Source: a virus
Taxonomy: Duplodnaviria; Caudoviricetes
IMG/VR virus record: IMGVR_UViG_3300046786_000913
Coordinates: 1-36,789 of that record
Length of the DNA: 36,789 nucleotides
Direction: 5' to 3' (one strand)
Shown in pieces: positions 1 through 9,101 of the stretch (its first letter is position 1; each line of letters begins with the position of its first letter). Made by a program: the position numbers and the translations under genes. The notes under the pieces are model-generated. The model made no database searches. It had not been told where the DNA came from and saw nothing but the letters and a program-made list of their open reading frames with translations.

Positions 1-127
1 GCAGCTGTACCAGCGAAATCCAATACAGAACCAACTGGAGTGATGTTCGCTAGTGTTTCTTGAGGAGAGTCTATTGGTGCATTGGCTTTCAGTGTGCCAT
101 CAGGATTGAGGGTTATAAACAGACCAT
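1..127. repeat. 127-bp direct terminal overlap with 36663-36789 (circular assembly overlap)
   Basis: 1-127 (gcagctgtac...acagaccat) is identical to 36663-36789. The length matches a common assembler k-mer, and an ORF reads through the junction in frame. Confidence 0.95.
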
Positions 128-476
128 CTATGAGGCTATTGCCCCAGTAAGAGGTCGGAATCATCTCAACAAAATCGCCGACATCGTTACCGATATCAAC
201 GTAGCCAGGTGCTTCAGTCAGGTTGGTGATAGTGTTAGCACCAGCGTTTACTAAGCCCTTCCAGCTAACTAGGTCGGTTATAGAAACCTCTTCAGTCAGA
301 GGGTCAACAGTTTTCTTGTAGGTTATGAAAAATACTGGTGTATCTTCGGTGAACTTGCTCAGGTCAATACACTCAAGTACCGTAACACCAGCAGTTCTGT
401 CGGTCTCAACAGTCGTGGCTACGGCATAGTCGCTATCTATGCTGGACTTACCAAAGTAGTCGGTAATTTCAGCCAT
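1..476 (-). CDS. 5' part of a ~303-aa tail-collar/receptor-binding virion protein spanning the circular junction (continues at 36662-36227)
   Basis: ATG at 476 (MAEITDYFGKSSIDSDYAVATT...PTSYWGNSLIDGLFITLNPDGTLK...TPVGSVLDFAG) is open to position 1 and in frame with ORF 36227..36685. The ORF track missed it. Confidence 0.85.
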   Translation of the reverse strand, partial: MAEITDYFGKSSIDSDYAVATTVETDRTAGVTVLECIDLSKFTEDTPVFFITYKKTVDPLTEEVSITDLVSWKGLVNAGANTITNLTEAPGYVDIGNDVGDFVEMIPTSYWGNSLIDGLFITLNPDGTLKANAPIDSPQETLANITPVGSVLDFAGTA

Positions 477-481
477 AGTGG

Positions 482-1588
482 TTAGACTCCATATCCGAGG
501 TCGTTTTCAGACTTCTTTTTGATTCCCAAATCTTTATCGTTCACAGCAATAGCTCGTACTGCAAGGTTGCCTGGAGCGTTCATACCATCAGAAGTGACAG
601 GAGTCACTGATGGAGCGTTAGCCCCAGTAATACCAGTTGTATCGTATCGAGCGATATCTTGAGTGTAGTCAGCTAGTTCTGGGGTAGCCATTTGCTTAGC
701 TTCACCTGTATAGCTTGGGTTCATAAAGGCAGCACCAGCAATCATACTATTAAGACTGTTGCCCTCGTTCATAATTGCATCGCGCTCAGCTGTTTTGTCG
801 GCTGAACCATAGACATCAGCTTTCTTGTAGAGAGCATTTTGCTTATCTTGGTAGTATTTGCGAGTTGCTTCGCCTTCATCGTAACCGTATTGGTCTTGGA
901 TTTTCTTGATGTCATTCTCATTTCCAGTAGAGTATTCATTCCAAGAAGAGTCAAGGTCTCGGTTATTAGTTGCTTGAGTTGCGTTTGCCTTACGGTTACT
1001 CATATTAGCTGCGTCAAGGATTTGACGAGTTAATGCTCGTGAGCCGCCAAGTCCAAGAACTGATAGTGAACTGACAAGGTTTTCAAGAGTATTGCGAGTA
1101 TTTAGGTCGGTATCAGTTTTAGCGCCAGCAAAGTCTTGCAAAGTGGAGAGTTTCTTACCCTGATATTTGCCTTCTTCGCGCGCTTTTTCTTCTTGTTTTT
1201 CACGAAGACTAGTGTCGCGCTTAATGGAAGCCTTTTGAATGGCTTGGTCTTTCATAGAGGCAAGTGATTCAATCAATGAATCTAGGCTAGTAAGCTGAGC
1301 AGTATCAAGTACCTTTGCTGGAGTAGAGTAACCACTGCCGTTACCACCTGAACTTCCACCGCTGGCAACTGGGTCAGCTATCTCTTTCGCGCCATTAAGA
1401 ATTAAGTCCCAGCTTTTTGCTTGCTGAGGTGTACCCATATTACTAACTTGACCAGTTTGACCATCTTTGTACCAGATATTGCCATCCTGACCTTGCCAAA
1501 ATATATCACCGTCACGAGAACCCGTTGGTGCGCTACTGCCCACAGATAGAGTTCCTGTTGGTTCTGCTACTCCTACTGATAGTGCCAT
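482..1588 (-). CDS. Putative internal virion/ejection protein (368 aa)
   Basis: Long ORF with RBS (caggag). Gly/Ser-rich N-terminus and helical Gln/Lys/Asp-rich body. Lies after the nozzle gene, as in podoviruses. Confidence 0.5.
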   Translation of the reverse strand: MALSVGVAEPTGTLSVGSSAPTGSRDGDIFWQGQDGNIWYKDGQTGQVSNMGTPQQAKSWDLILNGAKEIADPVASGGSSGGNGSGYSTPAKVLDTAQLTSLDSLIESLASMKDQAIQKASIKRDTSLREKQEEKAREEGKYQGKKLSTLQDFAGAKTDTDLNTRNTLENLVSSLSVLGLGGSRALTRQILDAANMSNRKANATQATNNRDLDSSWNEYSTGNENDIKKIQDQYGYDEGEATRKYYQDKQNALYKKADVYGSADKTAERDAIMNEGNSLNSMIAGAAFMNPSYTGEAKQMATPELADYTQDIARYDTTGITGANAPSVTPVTSDGMNAPGNLAVRAIAVNDKDLGIKKKSENDLGYGV

Positions 1589-1637
1589 TTTATTATTCTC
1601 CTGTTTGTTTTCCGCATTTATCTGCTTTTATAATTTG

Positions 1638-1646
1638 ATTGTATCA
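1638..1646 (-). promoter_or_regulatory. Extended -10 promoter TGATACAAT upstream of the 368-aa gene
   Basis: TGn-TACAAT on the minus strand, just after the upstream stop codon. Confidence 0.55.
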
Positions 1647-1651
1647 TATCA

Positions 1652-3733
1652 CTAAATTTTAATCACACCTTTTTGGCTCAAAAATTCTATGCCCACACCT
1701 ATATAGGTGAACAATAAACTCAAGTGAGATAGCTCGTAATAGGTATTTTCAGTATCAGCCCTGACAGAAAAGCTAATGTATGCTGCATTTTTACGAATTT
1801 TCTGGCTAATCTTCTTGTCTGACGGGTCTCTAAAGCTGAGTAAATCTGCAAGCGATTCTTCCCAACCTCTGTTATTCCATGCACCGCGAGAAATCAGAGT
1901 ATCGTTGGCTCGGATTGCATCCCAACCACTCAAGTTGTTAATGCTAGATTCGTTAAACGGCACAATATCGCTCTTAATGATGTCACCGTTCTTTGAGTGA
2001 ACATTCACTGTAAGGTCAATAATTCCAACAGCTTGGTCGAATTGCCAGATATTTTTGAGCAAGTGAACCCACTCAAGCTTGTTATCTTTTGCAAACGGAA
2101 TTAAACCACTCTCGATATACGATTCGAATGTGCCACTCAAATCTTTGTGCGTGTGAGAGTTCTTGTAGTAACGGAGCAGCTTATTGCCTTGACGGATGTA
2201 TAAACTAGGAGTCTCATTGTGCGTAGATGCCCAGCGGAAAATACAGTCAGACTGGATTCGCCAAATTGACCAGATGCCACCGTGTAAAATATCGTACATC
2301 CAAATCTCGTTGTTTTCCTGAGCACCATAAGCGACACTCCAGTAAAGCGCCTCATCATAGTCAGCGGCATAAGTATTCGAGAGGTCAGATTGCGCCAAGT
2401 TCAACACCCTATCGCGGATTGCAGAGCTAATGATATCTGTTGACTGGATGCCTGATACATTTGGCTTTACACCAGTTGACTTAAAGCCAGCCATTGAGAG
2501 GTAGTAGGCGTTGTTGTTGGCGCGAATAACAGAGAATGGTGCGTCTGTACCGTCATTGCCTTCTCGTTTCTTGAATTGATATGTACCAGTTGAGAATGTC
2601 TGCCCGTTAGCTGTAATGCTGTTTGTCGTGGCATACACATCCCAGATAGCGCCCTGTCCAGCTTGGGTGCGAGTCAAAAGATTGATACAGGTTGTACCAG
2701 CGTTATCACGACCAAGCGTGATAGCCATACATTTCTCGTTGCTACCGTTGTTAATCTCGTAATTGTCAGAGCCGTTAGCTGAGCCAAAGTAAAGCTCATT
2801 GCCAATGTCACCACCCCAGTAAATAAGACCGTTGTTGCCAATAGCCCAGAGGCGACCAGATATGTTTGTGAAGTACCAAGCAATGATGCCAGCGGTTGTG
2901 TTTTCAACTGGTGCGCTTTGAAGTAGTGTTTGAGCTCCAGTATCGGTATATTGGAGCTGGTCAATAGGGATGTTACTTGCGACTAATAGGTATTCGCTCT
3001 CTGTTGGTGCGCCAGTACCAGTTGAAACACTTGCAACGAATAAGCTCCAGTTTTGAGCATCTGGGTCAATAGTCAAAGCGCTAATATCAACGGCAACAGA
3101 TTTTGTGCCATTCCAAGTATCTCGAATTGTTGAAGAGGTTACAGAGTCAGCTGGTGACATTTTTGTGCTACCACCAACACCATTGAAAGCAACTCGGTAG
3201 TAGTAGTCAATCGCAGCAGTACCGCTAAAGCCAGCTGGGGTTGCAACAGGAGCAACTAATGGGTCATCAACTTCAACCAGTTGTTCAATTGTATTGGTTG
3301 TGATGTCATAATAGCTGAAAGCATCAACACCGTTACCAATAACAACCACGCTGGCAATCTGGGCAAATGAGAATCTATCCTCGATAGTAAATACTATGTC
3401 GTCAAGCTTCTCCCATTCTGAAAGGTCTTCTGAAAGCACATATAGCCAAGCATCCTCGCCATCAGTAAAGACGTTGAGTAACCCTTCAGTATTGTCGGCT
3501 CGCTTAAATGCAAAATCACAGCCAAGCGGTTCTAATCCTTCTGGTAAATCAGGGATGCCACTTTCATTAAATGAGCCTCTCGGACGAACCACAGCATCGT
3601 AATCAAAAATGACGTTGTAGGCAGTCTTGAGTGCGTCCTCTTGCATACGGCTTTTTGAGAAGTATGAAATCTGACCACGTTTCCAGTTGTCTAAGTCTTT
3701 GATTTGGATGTCGTCGGAAGTTTTGTTCGCCAT
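1652..3733 (-). CDS. Putative tail nozzle / DNA-stabilisation protein (P22 gp10- or T7 tubular B-like, 693 aa)
   Basis: N-terminal NVIFDYDAVVRPRG motif, beta-rich propeller-like composition, size, and position after adaptor and fibre. Confidence 0.6.
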   Translation of the reverse strand: MANKTSDDIQIKDLDNWKRGQISYFSKSRMQEDALKTAYNVIFDYDAVVRPRGSFNESGIPDLPEGLEPLGCDFAFKRADNTEGLLNVFTDGEDAWLYVLSEDLSEWEKLDDIVFTIEDRFSFAQIASVVVIGNGVDAFSYYDITTNTIEQLVEVDDPLVAPVATPAGFSGTAAIDYYYRVAFNGVGGSTKMSPADSVTSSTIRDTWNGTKSVAVDISALTIDPDAQNWSLFVASVSTGTGAPTESEYLLVASNIPIDQLQYTDTGAQTLLQSAPVENTTAGIIAWYFTNISGRLWAIGNNGLIYWGGDIGNELYFGSANGSDNYEINNGSNEKCMAITLGRDNAGTTCINLLTRTQAGQGAIWDVYATTNSITANGQTFSTGTYQFKKREGNDGTDAPFSVIRANNNAYYLSMAGFKSTGVKPNVSGIQSTDIISSAIRDRVLNLAQSDLSNTYAADYDEALYWSVAYGAQENNEIWMYDILHGGIWSIWRIQSDCIFRWASTHNETPSLYIRQGNKLLRYYKNSHTHKDLSGTFESYIESGLIPFAKDNKLEWVHLLKNIWQFDQAVGIIDLTVNVHSKNGDIIKSDIVPFNESSINNLSGWDAIRANDTLISRGAWNNRGWEESLADLLSFRDPSDKKISQKIRKNAAYISFSVRADTENTYYELSHLSLLFTYIGVGIEFLSQKGVIKI

Positions 3734-3755
3734 TTTTGTTTCCTATTCTATTTCT

Positions 3756-3764
3756 ATCATAACA
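3756..3764 (-). promoter_or_regulatory. Extended -10 promoter TGTTATGAT upstream of the nozzle gene
   Basis: TGn-TATGAT in the 41-bp intergenic gap. Confidence 0.45.
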
Positions 3765-3774
3765 GATTAAGCCA

Positions 3775-6111
3775 TTAAGTTTTAATCATATAGTTGGCTA
3801 CAACAGTTGGGCTGATTAGGTTGAACGGTGTTGTGCTACCCTGTGAACCAGAGTTACGCCCACCAGTACCCATTGAGAACGCACCAGTACCGTAAGTTGA
3901 GCCTGAGAAGTCAGAACCAAACAAGTTAGCGGTCAATGAGTGAGTGTGAGCTACCAATTCACCGGTGGTCATGGTGTGACGCTGTTCACCACCAGATGCA
4001 CCAATGTTACCGTATGAACCAAGCGCATCAGCTAATGTCAGCCGTGAAGCAGCCGTACCGCCCATAGCGTCAGCACCGGCAACTGTTCGGCCTCGGAAGT
4101 CAGGAAGTGTGAAAGTAGTTGAACCATCACCAAGCCCATATGGACACCAGCGAAGGGTATGAACACCAGATTGTGAGCCAGTGGTGGTAATTTTAGTACC
4201 AGCGTAAGCATTTGCGCGAGAAGTCGATAAGTTGAAGGTGTTGGCTGTGACACCAGTTGAAACATAATAAAGCGTATTTTGTGACAAACCTGTTGGCAAA
4301 GCACCAGTAGTAGTTAGATAAACTGCATCACCAACATTCAAGCCATGACTGTTTAGTGTAAATACTCCAGGCGCAGCGATTGTAACAGTGAATGTGCCTA
4401 AACTCTCACAAATTGCAGCGAAAAGTCCTGAGTAAGTTGAGCGTGAAACAGCAGAACCATCACACATCAACCAGCCTGTAGGGGCTGTCTTCCGACCACT
4501 TGGCATAAGCATACCTGGGTAGAAAAAGGCTGTGGGGCTAGTTGAATCAAAGGTTTTATTAGTGAGTGTTGCAGCGGCAGCATCTTTTGTAGCATCCGAA
4601 GTATTGTCCACGTTGCCGAGACCGACATCACCTTTCACAAGCGCAAGTGAGGTCTTTGCCTGAGCTGGAGTCCTAGAAGCCCAAGCGCTAGCATTTGCCA
4701 CCATGAAATTATCAGTTGTAGCCGTCAACCCAGCAATCGTAGTCAGGTCAGAATCTAGTGGCTGGAAAGTAGTACCAAGCGCAGCCAAATCAGTCATTAG
4801 CTGTGCGAGTGTCCTTTTAGCCCAAGCACCAGATTTACCCTGGATAATACTGTCGTTAGTCACACCAAGAGCTGCAATTGCATCAAGGTCTGCGTCCCAA
4901 GCCTGTACGTTCGTACCTATTGTCAAGGCAAGCAAAGTCTTAATTGCAGCATAATCAGCAGCACCTAGCATACTGACCACATTGGCTGAGAGTGCCGTTA
5001 GACCAGTACCGCCTTTACTAGCTGGAAGCGCTGAGGTCAATAAAGCTGCTAAATTAGCGCCAGACGGTGTGCCAGCAAAAGTATCGAATCCAGCTGCGCG
5101 AACAATAGCAGCCCAACTTGTTAGGTCAGAATCAAGCGGTTGCTTACCAGCAATATCTGACTCCATCGTGTCTAGGTCAACGGCTTGCGTAACAGTTATA
5201 AAATCAGTTTTTGTCTTGATGCCTGGCACGTTGTTTGCGTTAGTTTCAATAGCATCTAAATCAACAGCTTGCGTAACTGTAATATGACCAAGTTTAGTCT
5301 TCTCGGCGGCAGTAGCAAATTTATTAGTTGCACCAACAGTGATATCATCGGTATCATCAACTGCCTTCATGAACGCACCAGCAGCGGCTACATTCGTAGC
5401 ATCAGTTACGTCAGCGCCAGCTTCTACACCAGCGAGTTTAGTTTTTTCTGTGGCTGTATAGTTCTTATTGGTCGTACCGTCAGCCATATTATCTTGGTCA
5501 AAAGCATCAGCGGCAACATTAGTTGGGTCATAGACAGAGGCGAGCATATCTCCAGCACCAGCTGGAGTTTCCCAGTCATAATCATAATCGGTGTTTGAAA
5601 GCTTAACTAATTGCTGACCAGTAGTACCGCCAGTTGGCAAGCCTTCACCTGGGTCGCCAGTATCACCCTTATCGCCCTTAACACCTGGGACTCCCTGAAT
5701 ACCCTGAGCACCTGTCGCACCAGTAGCACCCGTATTGCCAGTGTCGCCCTTGTCACCTTTAACCCCTCTATCGCCAGTATCACCTTTGTCACCTTTATCG
5801 CCTTTCGCCCCTGTAGCGCCTGGAGCACCCGTACTACCAGGAAGACCAGTTTGTCCTGTAGCGCCTGGAGCACCATCATTTCCTGGGTCGCCTTTAAGCC
5901 CAGCAGTCCCTTGATAGCCCCTGTCACCTTTATCACCTTTTTCGCCTTGAGTAAAATATGGCAAACTATTCCAAGCAGCTACGCCATTCCCAATTTTAAG
6001 CTTGCCTGTATCGGTTTCCACACCAGGCTCACCAGATGCAAGTATCGGGTTGATAGCCGCCCAATCAGAAGCAACATCTCGCCTGAGTTGAATCTGTTTG
6101 TCGCGAGACAT
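3775..6111 (-). CDS. Tail fibre: Mtd_N-like N-terminus, collagen G-X-Y repeats, shaft repeats, C-terminal phage tail-collar domain (778 aa)
   Basis: IQLRRD..W...NPIL.GEPGVETDTGKLKIGNG N-terminal motif; GDKGDKGDT collagen tract; APTGWLMCDGSAVSRSTYSGLFAAI...GDGSTTFTLPDFRGR collar motif; HTH metal motif near the C-terminus. Confidence 0.9.
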   Translation of the reverse strand: MSRDKQIQLRRDVASDWAAINPILASGEPGVETDTGKLKIGNGVAAWNSLPYFTQGEKGDKGDRGYQGTAGLKGDPGNDGAPGATGQTGLPGSTGAPGATGAKGDKGDKGDTGDRGVKGDKGDTGNTGATGATGAQGIQGVPGVKGDKGDTGDPGEGLPTGGTTGQQLVKLSNTDYDYDWETPAGAGDMLASVYDPTNVAADAFDQDNMADGTTNKNYTATEKTKLAGVEAGADVTDATNVAAAGAFMKAVDDTDDITVGATNKFATAAEKTKLGHITVTQAVDLDAIETNANNVPGIKTKTDFITVTQAVDLDTMESDIAGKQPLDSDLTSWAAIVRAAGFDTFAGTPSGANLAALLTSALPASKGGTGLTALSANVVSMLGAADYAAIKTLLALTIGTNVQAWDADLDAIAALGVTNDSIIQGKSGAWAKRTLAQLMTDLAALGTTFQPLDSDLTTIAGLTATTDNFMVANASAWASRTPAQAKTSLALVKGDVGLGNVDNTSDATKDAAAATLTNKTFDSTSPTAFFYPGMLMPSGRKTAPTGWLMCDGSAVSRSTYSGLFAAICESLGTFTVTIAAPGVFTLNSHGLNVGDAVYLTTTGALPTGLSQNTLYYVSTGVTANTFNLSTSRANAYAGTKITTTGSQSGVHTLRWCPYGLGDGSTTFTLPDFRGRTVAGADAMGGTAASRLTLADALGSYGNIGASGGEQRHTMTTGELVAHTHSLTANLFGSDFSGSTYGTGAFSMGTGGRNSGSQGSTTPFNLISPTVVANYMIKT
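5640..5950 (-). repeat. Collagen-like Gly-X-Y coding repeat
   Basis: About 33 consecutive G-X-Y triplets (GEKGDKGDRG...GDKGDTGDPGEG). Confidence 0.9.
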
Positions 6112-6857
6112 TACGCTTCTCCACCGTCAATAATGTCGAATGAACCGCCTCCGATGCCAACACCAGCTGCAATAGCTTGCGACAAAGAAGTTATCTGCAT
6201 ATTGCTAGTACCCTTAATTGATAATGTTTGACGATGACGGTTATTGTCCCTCATGGTTTTCATATAGATTTCAGCTTGTTTGTAGAACTTATCAGCGTTT
6301 CGAGCAATAAATGGCACTGGGCTGGCATCACAAATAAAGGCAGCCATAGCAGTAATAAGCCACGGAATACTATCAACTCTCACTGTCTGAGCGGCAGTAG
6401 TATATACCTCTGGCAATAAGTAAGCAGGCAATTGGATGTGCGTATCAACCAACTCTTCTGAGACTGATTTTAGGTGTAGCCCATCAGAAGCAAGCATACA
6501 AATATTTTGAGCTGTTGATGCCTGGAACGTGGGCTGGTCAACCATTTTGTACTTTTTAACAGTTCCGCCATCATCATCAACAAAATAGATAGAGTCAAGA
6601 GGGGTGTTACCAACTACCACTCTATCCATGTCTGGGAAATCGTATTGAAGTTTATCAAGCTCAACAGCATCAGCCAACTGATAGGTCATGTCAAATAAAG
6701 ACTGCCACTTAACATAAGGCGTGTGAGCCCACATCTCAAGGCACTGGTTCAAGACATTAAGGTATGTTTTGAAGTCATCACTACCTTCAACTTGCACTTC
6801 AAATTCACCATTTACTTTGGTATATGCTTTGTTGATTACGTCTAGTACAGTTGCCAT
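6111..6857 (-). CDS. Putative head-tail adaptor / tail tubular protein A (248 aa)
   Basis: MATVLDVINKAY N-terminus typical of adaptors. Located between portal and fibre, with a TAATG overlap with the fibre gene. Confidence 0.55.
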   Translation of the reverse strand: MATVLDVINKAYTKVNGEFEVQVEGSDDFKTYLNVLNQCLEMWAHTPYVKWQSLFDMTYQLADAVELDKLQYDFPDMDRVVVGNTPLDSIYFVDDDGGTVKKYKMVDQPTFQASTAQNICMLASDGLHLKSVSEELVDTHIQLPAYLLPEVYTTAAQTVRVDSIPWLITAMAAFICDASPVPFIARNADKFYKQAEIYMKTMRDNNRHRQTLSIKGTSNMQITSLSQAIAAGVGIGGGSFDIIDGGEA

Positions 6858-6861
6858 GATT

Positions 6862-7200
6862 TTACCTCAGTTCGTTTTTGATTTTTTCTAAGATGACTAC
6901 AACCTCAGCGCTCAAATCAAGCTGTGCATCAGCTGTTCGCCCATCTTCTTTTGCCATTTTGCGAACTTCTGAAGTTTTTGAATGTTTCGCAATGTATTTA
7001 TCGAGAACATTTCTGACTTTAGCTTTTTCGGTCTGGTCTTTTTGTTGATTAGCTTTAGCGGTTTTATCAGCAAACACATCTCGATTTCTACGCTGTAACT
7101 CTTCACTTGACTGGTATTCGGATGTTGGGGCAACAGCATTGGGCTCAGGAGTGTTCAACAATGCTGCTGGTTCATCAACTTCTTCTAATTCACGAGCCAT
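6862..7200 (-). CDS. Hypothetical protein (112 aa), translationally coupled to portal
   Basis: TAATG overlap with the portal stop codon; helical charged sequence. Confidence 0.7.
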   Translation of the reverse strand: MARELEEVDEPAALLNTPEPNAVAPTSEYQSSEELQRRNRDVFADKTAKANQQKDQTEKAKVRNVLDKYIAKHSKTSEVRKMAKEDGRTADAQLDLSAEVVVILEKIKNELR

Positions 7201-9065
7201 TATTCTGTCTCCTCTGCTAATGCTTGCTGACCGACATCTTGAGCAGTTAATTGAATACCATACTTAGCAGCTGCCTGTATTTTACCAGCGGCAGGCAAGT
7301 CTTTGAAAGCAATATTGACAGTTGGTGGCTTAGCTTCATCCATCTGAGCGTTCTTTTGTTCGCTCTCTTTAGCAGCTTGAGCCTTAGTAGCCTGTTCTTC
7401 GGCAGCAACATCAGCGAGTGCCTTCTCCATCACTTCAGAAATTTTGGCACTGTTCTCAAGGTTCGAGCTCTTTGTCATTTCCTTCATGAGTAATGGCATC
7501 ACAGAGCGCATAACCTTCGCCATGCTTGGGTCAGATTTAGCAGCTTCAAAGAAACCAGTCATGAAGGTGTTGAGTCGCTTCAAGTCCTCTTCTTTCGCAA
7601 GGTCTCTGGTACTCTCAAAGTTCACGGTAATATTCACACCACGAGATTCGCTCAAGTCAAGCTTGACCTGATTCTTGTCATTAACCTTCTTGGGGTCAAT
7701 TTCGCGGATTAGGTTCGCATACTCTTCATCAAGAGTAATCATTGGCACGGCGTTGTTCTTATCAGCAATAGCCTTAACTTCTGCAAGATAGATGTTGATT
7801 TTATTCTCCATCACCATTTCGAAATAAGTCTCATAGTTCTTGCGGTAGTAGTTGTTGTCAACATCAGCTTTTTCACGCTGGTCATTTACGCCAGCTTGAG
7901 TCTTAGAGTATGTTGGGTCGCCAGAGCTGGCTGAGATACTGCTATCACTTGAGCTTGGTAGCGAAGTGAGAAGCACAGTCTTCAAAAGATTGTACAGGTT
8001 AGGGAAGTTCTGAATTGTCTGAGTGTCAATTGGCAGTAGGTCAACTTTGCCATCCTCATCATTCAAGAACATCGTATTGCCCTTAGTTAGATTGAATGTA
8101 TCTTCATTGAGCGAAATACCCTTAACAGTTTTAGCTGGGTCGGTATTGTAGTCAGAAGTATAAATAAAGTTGCGGAGCAATGAAGTAAGCGACTGTTGAG
8201 CGCCGTAAGCCATGTCGATAAGTGAACGACCCATAATTGAGCTACCATCGTAATCAGAGTAAAGACCGACAATACGGCGGCGGTGACTCAAATTCGGGAT
8301 AACACGGAGAATCGTGCCAGATGAATAGTGCCAGTCAACAACCCAATTCTCGTCAACATACTTGAATAATTCGAACATGTGCTCTGGCAAGCCCTGCATA
8401 GAAGCCTTGATGTTAGCTTTATCTTTGCCACTATTCTGCCCAGCACCATAGTCAAGAACTGTCTGAAGCCCTTTCTTGTCCCATGTGCCACCAATTTCGT
8501 CATCACTACCATCAATAAGTTTCTTGATATCATCTTCAGTTTTGAGTGTTCGGAACTGGTTGAAGTTGTTGCTGTTGATATTGGTTGACCAAGCTTCAGG
8601 GTAAAAATCGCCCCAGTAAATAGGCACTTCACCGACAGTGAACTCGCCGTGGTCATTCTCAAACGGCAGATAGACAGCACAGTTACCAAAAGTTGCAGCA
8701 TTTCGAAGCTCAATCCACTGCTTCTGCAAAAGCCCATAACCCTTTGAAGAGCCAGAGCGGAGCAAGATTTTAACAGCGATAAACTCATAAACGAGGTCTT
8801 CGGCTTTACTGCGACCATGCCCATCAGTCATGAAGGTCGGCATCTTTTGGATGACATTCTTCGGCATTTTCTCAAGATATGAAGCAAGAGTGTTATCCAC
8901 CAACTCGGCATATTCCATCTGACCATTGGTATTTACTGGTGGTTTTCGGTAAAAAATACGCTCATTGCGCTCGGCAAAACCAGCTGTCACCCTATCCATG
9001 AACTCTTGACTATCGTCAAGTTTCTTTACTAGGTCTTCGGCTGTTAGTGGGAATCCGTTATTCAT
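7200..9065 (-). CDS. Portal protein (P22/podovirus-like, 621 aa)
   Basis: Size; helical N-terminus; NAATFGNCAVY, GRSLIDMAYGAQ and SKTQAGV segments match the portal layout; C-terminal helical extension; RBS gagga. Confidence 0.7.
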   Translation of the reverse strand: MNNGFPLTAEDLVKKLDDSQEFMDRVTAGFAERNERIFYRKPPVNTNGQMEYAELVDNTLASYLEKMPKNVIQKMPTFMTDGHGRSKAEDLVYEFIAVKILLRSGSSKGYGLLQKQWIELRNAATFGNCAVYLPFENDHGEFTVGEVPIYWGDFYPEAWSTNINSNNFNQFRTLKTEDDIKKLIDGSDDEIGGTWDKKGLQTVLDYGAGQNSGKDKANIKASMQGLPEHMFELFKYVDENWVVDWHYSSGTILRVIPNLSHRRRIVGLYSDYDGSSIMGRSLIDMAYGAQQSLTSLLRNFIYTSDYNTDPAKTVKGISLNEDTFNLTKGNTMFLNDEDGKVDLLPIDTQTIQNFPNLYNLLKTVLLTSLPSSSDSSISASSGDPTYSKTQAGVNDQREKADVDNNYYRKNYETYFEMVMENKINIYLAEVKAIADKNNAVPMITLDEEYANLIREIDPKKVNDKNQVKLDLSESRGVNITVNFESTRDLAKEEDLKRLNTFMTGFFEAAKSDPSMAKVMRSVMPLLMKEMTKSSNLENSAKISEVMEKALADVAAEEQATKAQAAKESEQKNAQMDEAKPPTVNIAFKDLPAAGKIQAAAKYGIQLTAQDVGQQALAEETE

Positions 9066-9089
9066 TTGTTTATTTTTCCTCTTGAGTTA

Positions 9090-9098
9090 ATTCTACCA
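9090..9098 (-). promoter_or_regulatory. Extended -10 promoter TGGTAGAAT upstream of portal
   Basis: TGn-TAGAAT immediately after the stop of the 1552-aa gene. Confidence 0.55.
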
Positions 9099-9101
9099 CG
9101 A

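Noticed and set aside
3775-4500. Diversity-generating retroelement (Mtd_N-like fibre plus paralogous tip)
   Set aside because: No reverse transcriptase gene, and the two tips are too diverged for a TR/VR pair with adenine-specific mismatches.
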